NCBI GenBank assembly: GCA_903901345.1
Contig: CAIUQQ010000216.1
Location: 3,420 to 67,419 of the forward strand
Direction: 5' to 3'
From: an uncultured Bacteroidota bacterium
GTDB lineage: Bacteria > Bacteroidota > Bacteroidia > UKL13-3
Length of the DNA: 64,000 nt
Made by a program: the position numbers and the translations under genes. Below, piece after piece: positions 59,129-64,000 of this stretch. The first letter of the stretch is position 1. Each line of letters begins with the position of its first letter. Below the pieces are notes generated by a model. It was given only the letters and a program-made list of their open reading frames with translations. It did no database searches and was not told the origin of the DNA.

Positions 59129-61939
59129 TTATTCATTTTCAATATTATCATCGTCAACCATCGGTTCATTTTCAAAATCATCTTTTGTAGTCGCCATGTA
59201 AGATACTTTTACCTCATGATCAATTTTCGGAAAATGTAGACTATAACCAATAATGGGTACTCCGAAATCAACATCTGAAGTTCCACGGTCATCCAAAGCA
59301 TATAATAACAATAATCCCTTTTTTTCTCTAGCCCTTCTTTCTTTGATACTACCATCTCCGTTCTCTAATAAATCTACTTGTCTATCTATTGTATCGTCAA
59401 TCTGATTTTTAGTGATTTTATATAATTCGTGGTTCTCAGTTTGATTTCTTACGCTAGATGAAAGTTCAATTAAGTCAGACCCTAATTCGATTGAATATTT
59501 CTTTGTAGGCATTTGTTTTCTTGAATCTTTATTTGGCGTTTTTCCTTGTATCTGATCATATAAATAAACGTCTGAATCAGTATTAGATACAATACAGATA
59601 TTCCATTCTTTTATATTGTTGTTTAATTTTTGTTGTTTTATATATTCAGCAATAACTTCATTATTAATTGATGGGATATTAATTTTGTAATTATTAATAA
59701 ACTCATTTAAATAATCAACATTAACATCTTTATATAAAACATATCTAATTTTTTTTCTTTTTTCTATTAATTCAGTTGGTTTGCCTAGCTTCTTGAATAA
59801 GGTTGAAAATAAATTGAAATTATGCAATATGGACTTCTTATCTTTTAAAAGAAGATATGTTTGCGGGTTTGAACCTGAAAAAGAAATGGTAATGTTTTGA
59901 GCCCAATATAATTTAGCAACACTTGTTACCGTCATTAAGCCATGATGATTTCGGATTTTTAGTCTAAAATCTTTGGGTCTTTGATGGGTTACAGTCATTT
60001 CATCAAAGTCATTTCTCATTTCTTCTGTTGCCATTGTTATATGGTTAAACCATTCAAAAATCTGTTCAGTTGTGTAAAGTCTACATAAATCTACATATCC
60101 TGGTCTGTAGCCAAACCATCTTCCCATTTGCATTAAGGAATCATACATTTTAGTAGTCCTTAAATAATAACTAACTGAAAGGCCTTCTAAAGTAATACCT
60201 CTTGCAAGTCTGCCGCCACCAACTGCTATAACTGATAACCCATTTTCATATCTGCTATAGTCAATCTCTTCTATATTATGATATTCTAAATTTGTTGTTG
60301 ACCTTGTTCCATGAACTGCCCTTACATCAATTTTAGAGGATGCATTTTTTAATTCCAATCTAACATCTTCCCAATGATGATGCTTTATTCTTACATCTGA
60401 ATAGTCTAAGTTTTCTAGAGTATTTATCGTAGTTGGTTTAAAATCATGTTCAAATAATTCTTTCAATTCATGTAAAAATTTAGAATCATCACTTTCAATA
60501 TTATTTTTAAACACTCTTATTTTTTCATTTACTAATAAAGCCACTTTGTCAATCCATTTCACATATAAAGCCACATGAACCAACATTGAGTTGTGTTTTT
60601 TATCATGACCTCTTAATCTTCTGATTGTACAAGTCAGAATAAATGATTTTATTGCTAACTCTAGGCTTTCTGGAAGAAAGTCAGGCAAATCGTCTTTATT
60701 ATTTTTATTTATTGTTGCAAAAAAAGGAGGGTCATAGTCATCAATTTTTCTATAGACATCAAGCGGTTCATTAATTAAATTAGTTATTGGATCCTCTAAA
60801 CCAAAAACCTTTGCTGCCCCAAAGTAATTTTTTGCTGCTTTAATGTTTATAATAAAATCCTTGGGAAATAAATCATCCCCAATTAAATATTCTTTTCCTT
60901 TAACAACAGTTTTTAATTCATCATTATATTCCTGCGAAATAAATAAGTTAGCATAAGGAGTTGCTGTATATCCAATAAAAGTATTTTGGTCAAAAACATT
61001 TAATAATGTTCTAATTAATTTATTTATTGTCTTTACTTCATTTATATCATTTGAAGCATTAACAGAAGCCGCATCAGCTTCATCATCTATTACTAAAACT
61101 GGAACATCAAATAATTTTGGTTGACCATCTATGAATCTAATATTTGAATCTTTTGAAAACCAATCTATTAAATTTTCAAGTATACTTTTATTCTTTTTAA
61201 TTACAAATACTACAGGGTTTTTACCTATAGGAATTTTTGCAGTCTTCGGACTAAAATCACCTTCGTCTCCTCTAATATAGAAGGAAGATGTTAATGGGTA
61301 TATGTCAGTATTTACTTTGTATTTACCAACACCCACTATATTACCTTGTCTTTTAAGAATGAAATCAGAACTACTAATCCCTGTAAATCCTTCATCAATT
61401 CTTTCTTGAGTCTGTCTTCTTAAAGAACTTATTGTACCTGCTATTACAATAATAACTTTATATCCAGCATCTGTCGCTTTATTTATTAATCCCACATAAT
61501 TTGAAGTTTTACCAGATTGAACATGCCCAACAACCATTCCTCTTCTATCCCATGAGTCTGAATTTTTTGGATTAACACATTTGTCTAAAATTCTGTCAGT
61601 AAAATCATCTAAATCATTAACCGGAAAAGAAGGGTCTTTTTCAGCCATATAGGCCTTATACCTTTGCCATAATTCCCAATTTATATTCGCTTTATTGTCC
61701 TTTACCCAAGGTTCAATATCCTCAGATAACATTGTTATAGAGCCTTTACCTATGCTGAAATCTGCCATTAACATCTCAAACAATTCATCTTTATCTATCG
61801 GTTGAGAAGGGTCAATATTTATTACCGATACCTTTTCGATAATTTGTTTTATAATTTCTGGTGTTATTTCTCCTTTTGTTTTTTCGTGATTTAATAAAGT
61901 ATGTGCAATAGCTCTCGCTGAGTGTTTTATATCGTTCAT
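59129..61939 (-). CDS. Z1-domain protein with an N-terminal superfamily-II helicase-like P-loop ATPase (936 aa)
   Basis: Walker A GHVQSGKTSN and Walker B/DEAD-like LVIDDEADAASV. Large C-terminal region typical of Z1 proteins that accompany Dcm methylases. 4-nt overlaps with both neighbouring genes. Confidence 0.7.
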   Translation of the reverse strand: MNDIKHSARAIAHTLLNHEKTKGEITPEIIKQIIEKVSVINIDPSQPIDKDELFEMLMADFSIGKGSITMLSEDIEPWVKDNKANINWELWQRYKAYMAEKDPSFPVNDLDDFTDRILDKCVNPKNSDSWDRRGMVVGHVQSGKTSNYVGLINKATDAGYKVIIVIAGTISSLRRQTQERIDEGFTGISSSDFILKRQGNIVGVGKYKVNTDIYPLTSSFYIRGDEGDFSPKTAKIPIGKNPVVFVIKKNKSILENLIDWFSKDSNIRFIDGQPKLFDVPVLVIDDEADAASVNASNDINEVKTINKLIRTLLNVFDQNTFIGYTATPYANLFISQEYNDELKTVVKGKEYLIGDDLFPKDFIINIKAAKNYFGAAKVFGLEDPITNLINEPLDVYRKIDDYDPPFFATINKNNKDDLPDFLPESLELAIKSFILTCTIRRLRGHDKKHNSMLVHVALYVKWIDKVALLVNEKIRVFKNNIESDDSKFLHELKELFEHDFKPTTINTLENLDYSDVRIKHHHWEDVRLELKNASSKIDVRAVHGTRSTTNLEYHNIEEIDYSRYENGLSVIAVGGGRLARGITLEGLSVSYYLRTTKMYDSLMQMGRWFGYRPGYVDLCRLYTTEQIFEWFNHITMATEEMRNDFDEMTVTHQRPKDFRLKIRNHHGLMTVTSVAKLYWAQNITISFSGSNPQTYLLLKDKKSILHNFNLFSTLFKKLGKPTELIEKRKKIRYVLYKDVNVDYLNEFINNYKINIPSINNEVIAEYIKQQKLNNNIKEWNICIVSNTDSDVYLYDQIQGKTPNKDSRKQMPTKKYSIELGSDLIELSSSVRNQTENHELYKITKNQIDDTIDRQVDLLENGDGSIKERRAREKKGLLLLYALDDRGTSDVDFGVPIIGYSLHFPKIDHEVKVSYMATTKDDFENEPMVDDDNIENE

Positions 61940-63405
61940 TTTAAATAATCGTTTATTATTGGAAAAAGATTAAAAGGTGTTGCACTCATGATTTGCTGTC
62001 TGCCCAATGCTTCTGGAATTCCTTGTAGTTTATAAATATCAAATATTTCTATTGCTAGTTTTATCAAGTCATCGTTTGGTATTTCCGTAATTTTCTCTAG
62101 TTCATGAAAAGACGGATCCTCATTTTGATTGTGTAAAATTAACTCAATCGGAATATTTTCTTCTAGTAATTTTATGGCTTTAGAAAATAATTTATTTGTT
62201 TTTTCTACCTCTAATAATTGTTTAATTATTGGATGTTTTTTGTTTATTTTATATTTCTTTATACCTTCTCTGTTAGTTTCATCTTTCCATAAAGCTTCAA
62301 ATGAAGCGTTTATATATTCATCAGAAATTGTTTTTTGACCTCTCCAATTATATATTTTAGCAGACTTCATAACAGCTATTCTCGCTATTCTAGTTAATTC
62401 TTTTCTAATTTCTATCGGTGGAGTTGCCGTAGATTTTTTTATATCCAAGTTCCAATCAAAATCATTTGCATTTGGAAAATTAATGGATATTCTTGCCAAT
62501 TTTGAATACTCTCTTTTCTTTTCGATACCTAACCAATCACCAGATACTAATAATCTATCGCCTCTATAAACATAAAATCCTTGTTGTTGATACCATCCTA
62601 ATGGACCTCCAGATTTTTCATAATCTTCGACTTTTATTTTTGACATATGGGGTAATATGAAATAAGTAACTTCAACATTATTATTAAGTATTTCAGTTTG
62701 TCCCATTTCGGGCTTAGGATTTAAGTTTAATAAAAAAGGATTCCACGCTTCGATTTCATAAGTGTTTGAATATATTTTTACTTTTTTGCTTTCAATGAAT
62801 TTGTGAAATACAAGACTTAAATGTGCTTTTACGGAAATCAATTCCTGATAAAATGCATTTTTAACTGCTTCGTTATCTTCATTAGAGTTCCCAACAATTC
62901 GATCTAATATTTCCCAAAAAATTAAAGTTCCGCTTTCAAATTTATCAAGTTTGTTCAATAGGGAATCATCTGAAATATAATCTAGTAATGTCCATTCTTC
63001 TTCTTGATTAATAAAGTCTATATCCCAACACCTCTTTATGATTTTGTAACCTTTCTTTTTAGTAACAACAGTTAATCTTTTACATTGCGAAAATGAAGCA
63101 GTTTTAAGCCCCATTCCAAATCTCCCTAAATCTTTTTCATCTCGTATATCTTCAGGATCTTTGCTTCCAGGAGTCATCGCAATAACTAATTCAGCTAAGT
63201 TCATCCCTTTTCCATTGTCAAGAATAGTTATGAAGGACTCCTTTCCTTTCCAAGAATAATCAAGAGATATCTCAGTAGCATTTGCCGAAATACTATTATC
63301 AACTATGTCTGCAATAGCCGTAGATAAATTATATCCAAAACTCCTATAAGAATTTATAGTTGATTTAGGATTTGGTTTGGCATTTTCAGCTTTAAATTTT
63401 TGCAT
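61936..63405 (-). CDS. GHKL-superfamily ATPase (HATPase_c, MORC-like), 489 aa
   Basis: N-box AIADIVDNSISANAT, G1 box ILDNGKGMN, G2 box GRFGMGLKTASF, the Bergerat-fold motifs in order. Confidence 0.8.
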   Translation of the reverse strand: MQKFKAENAKPNPKSTINSYRSFGYNLSTAIADIVDNSISANATEISLDYSWKGKESFITILDNGKGMNLAELVIAMTPGSKDPEDIRDEKDLGRFGMGLKTASFSQCKRLTVVTKKKGYKIIKRCWDIDFINQEEEWTLLDYISDDSLLNKLDKFESGTLIFWEILDRIVGNSNEDNEAVKNAFYQELISVKAHLSLVFHKFIESKKVKIYSNTYEIEAWNPFLLNLNPKPEMGQTEILNNNVEVTYFILPHMSKIKVEDYEKSGGPLGWYQQQGFYVYRGDRLLVSGDWLGIEKKREYSKLARISINFPNANDFDWNLDIKKSTATPPIEIRKELTRIARIAVMKSAKIYNWRGQKTISDEYINASFEALWKDETNREGIKKYKINKKHPIIKQLLEVEKTNKLFSKAIKLLEENIPIELILHNQNEDPSFHELEKITEIPNDDLIKLAIEIFDIYKLQGIPEALGRQQIMSATPFNLFPIINDYLK

Positions 63406-64000
63406 TATAGCATTTCCAATATTTTTTTAGCAATACCATTTGCCATCAATGGTGGCACGGCATTACCAATTTGTTTAAAAGCAGCTGTTCTACCACCTTC
63501 AAAATAAAAATCATCAGGAAAAGATTGAATTCGAGCTGCTTCTCTGACTGTAATAGATCGATTTTGTTTTTTATCTGGGTGAATGTAGTAATGACCATCC
63601 ATTGCTATATGGGCGACCACTGTGTGACAACAGCCACCTCCATCTACAACTTGAAATCGATTTGTGAAAGAAGTTATGTTTTTATGTTTAATTAAATGTT
63701 TAGGCAGTGTAGCATAATCTAATCTTTTCCCTCTATTCCATTCTTCAATTGCAATTCTATATATTTCTAAATCATTTTGATTATTTGGACGCGCTATATG
63801 TTGAGTTGTAAAATCTATACAATTTCTAATAGCTGTTTTTTTAAGATACTCTGTAGTTTCTTTTTTATAATTAACTAAACCTAAGCTACCTTGGCCATTT
63901 TGTAAAGATGGTAAATCGGAAAATAAGTCATTTAAAATTTTATATTTATTTTCCTTTGTAGCAAAAGTGGGGTATTCAAATTTTAAATTTTCTTTCCATC
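63405..64000 (-). CDS. dcm: DNA (cytosine-5)-methyltransferase, C-terminal part. 5' end lies beyond the window edge: the frame is open to nt 64000.
   Basis: C-terminal motifs IX/X ...ITVREAARIQSFPDDFYF.G....AFKQIGNAVPPLMA.... My manual back-translation of 63621-64000 shows no stop. The ORF-track entry 63405..63620 is only the segment after an internal GTG. Confidence 0.85.
   Translation of the reverse strand, partial: WKENLKFEYPTFATKENKYKILNDLFSDLPSLQNGQGSLGLVNYKKETTEYLKKTAIRNCIDFTTQHIARPNNQNDLEIYRIAIEEWNRGKRLDYATLPKHLIKHKNITSFTNRFQVVDGGGCCHTVVAHIAMDGHYYIHPDKKQNRSITVREAARIQSFPDDFYFEGGRTAAFKQIGNAVPPLMANGIAKKILEML

Noticed and set aside
63405-63620. ORF-track suggestion that dcm is only 71 aa
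   Set aside because: My manual translation of 63621-64000 in the same frame shows no stop codon. The short ORF is an artefact of the window edge plus an internal GTG. The gene is 5'-truncated by the window.
1-64000. CRISPR arrays, rRNA genes, IS elements, integrase or transposase genes
   Set aside because: No regularly spaced repeat-spacer arrays, no rRNA-like conserved blocks, and no ORF with transposase or integrase motifs were found on either strand within the window.

Overview
AT-rich (~30-35% GC) Bacteroidota chromosome segment, most likely Flavobacteriia. Four exported proteins carry type IX secretion C-terminal sorting domains, and Bacteroidetes-style SpI/SpII lipoprotein signals and a SurA/PpiD/MoxR cluster are present. 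Positions 1-47,000 are mostly conserved core genes (miaA, tsaB, gap, folA, gpsA, lhgO, Nramp transporter, TolC plus adaptor, peptidyl-prolyl isomerases, TonB-dependent receptor), with exported enzymes interspersed (sulfatase, a frameshifted multicopper oxidase, an LTD protein, endonuclease I). A tRNA-Arg(TCT) gene at 47,061-47,134 marks a sharp transition. Everything from there to the window end (about 17 kb) looks like a horizontally acquired island. It contains (i) a roughly 110-nt regulatory module present twice (47.17 kb and 51.15 kb), each copy carrying a tandem 10-11-nt direct repeat whose sequence co-varies between the copies; (ii) two cargo operons of proteins with no recognisable family, including a CPBP intramembrane protease, a YkuD/L,D-transpeptidase-like small enzyme flanked by two holin-like mini-membrane proteins, and a protein with three TKADSG-type repeats; (iii) a roughly 550-nt GC-rich (>50% GC) segment with strong hairpins, internal direct repeats and no credible reading frame, a candidate large structured ncRNA; and (iv) a tightly overlapped five-gene operon: C5 cytosine methyltransferase, MORC-like GHKL ATPase, Z1 superfamily-II helicase-like protein, PD-(D/E)xK nuclease and AIPR protein, a candidate restriction/abortive-infection system. 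No integrase lies inside the window; the Dcm gene runs off the 3' edge, so the island probably continues. No rRNA or CRISPR array was seen.
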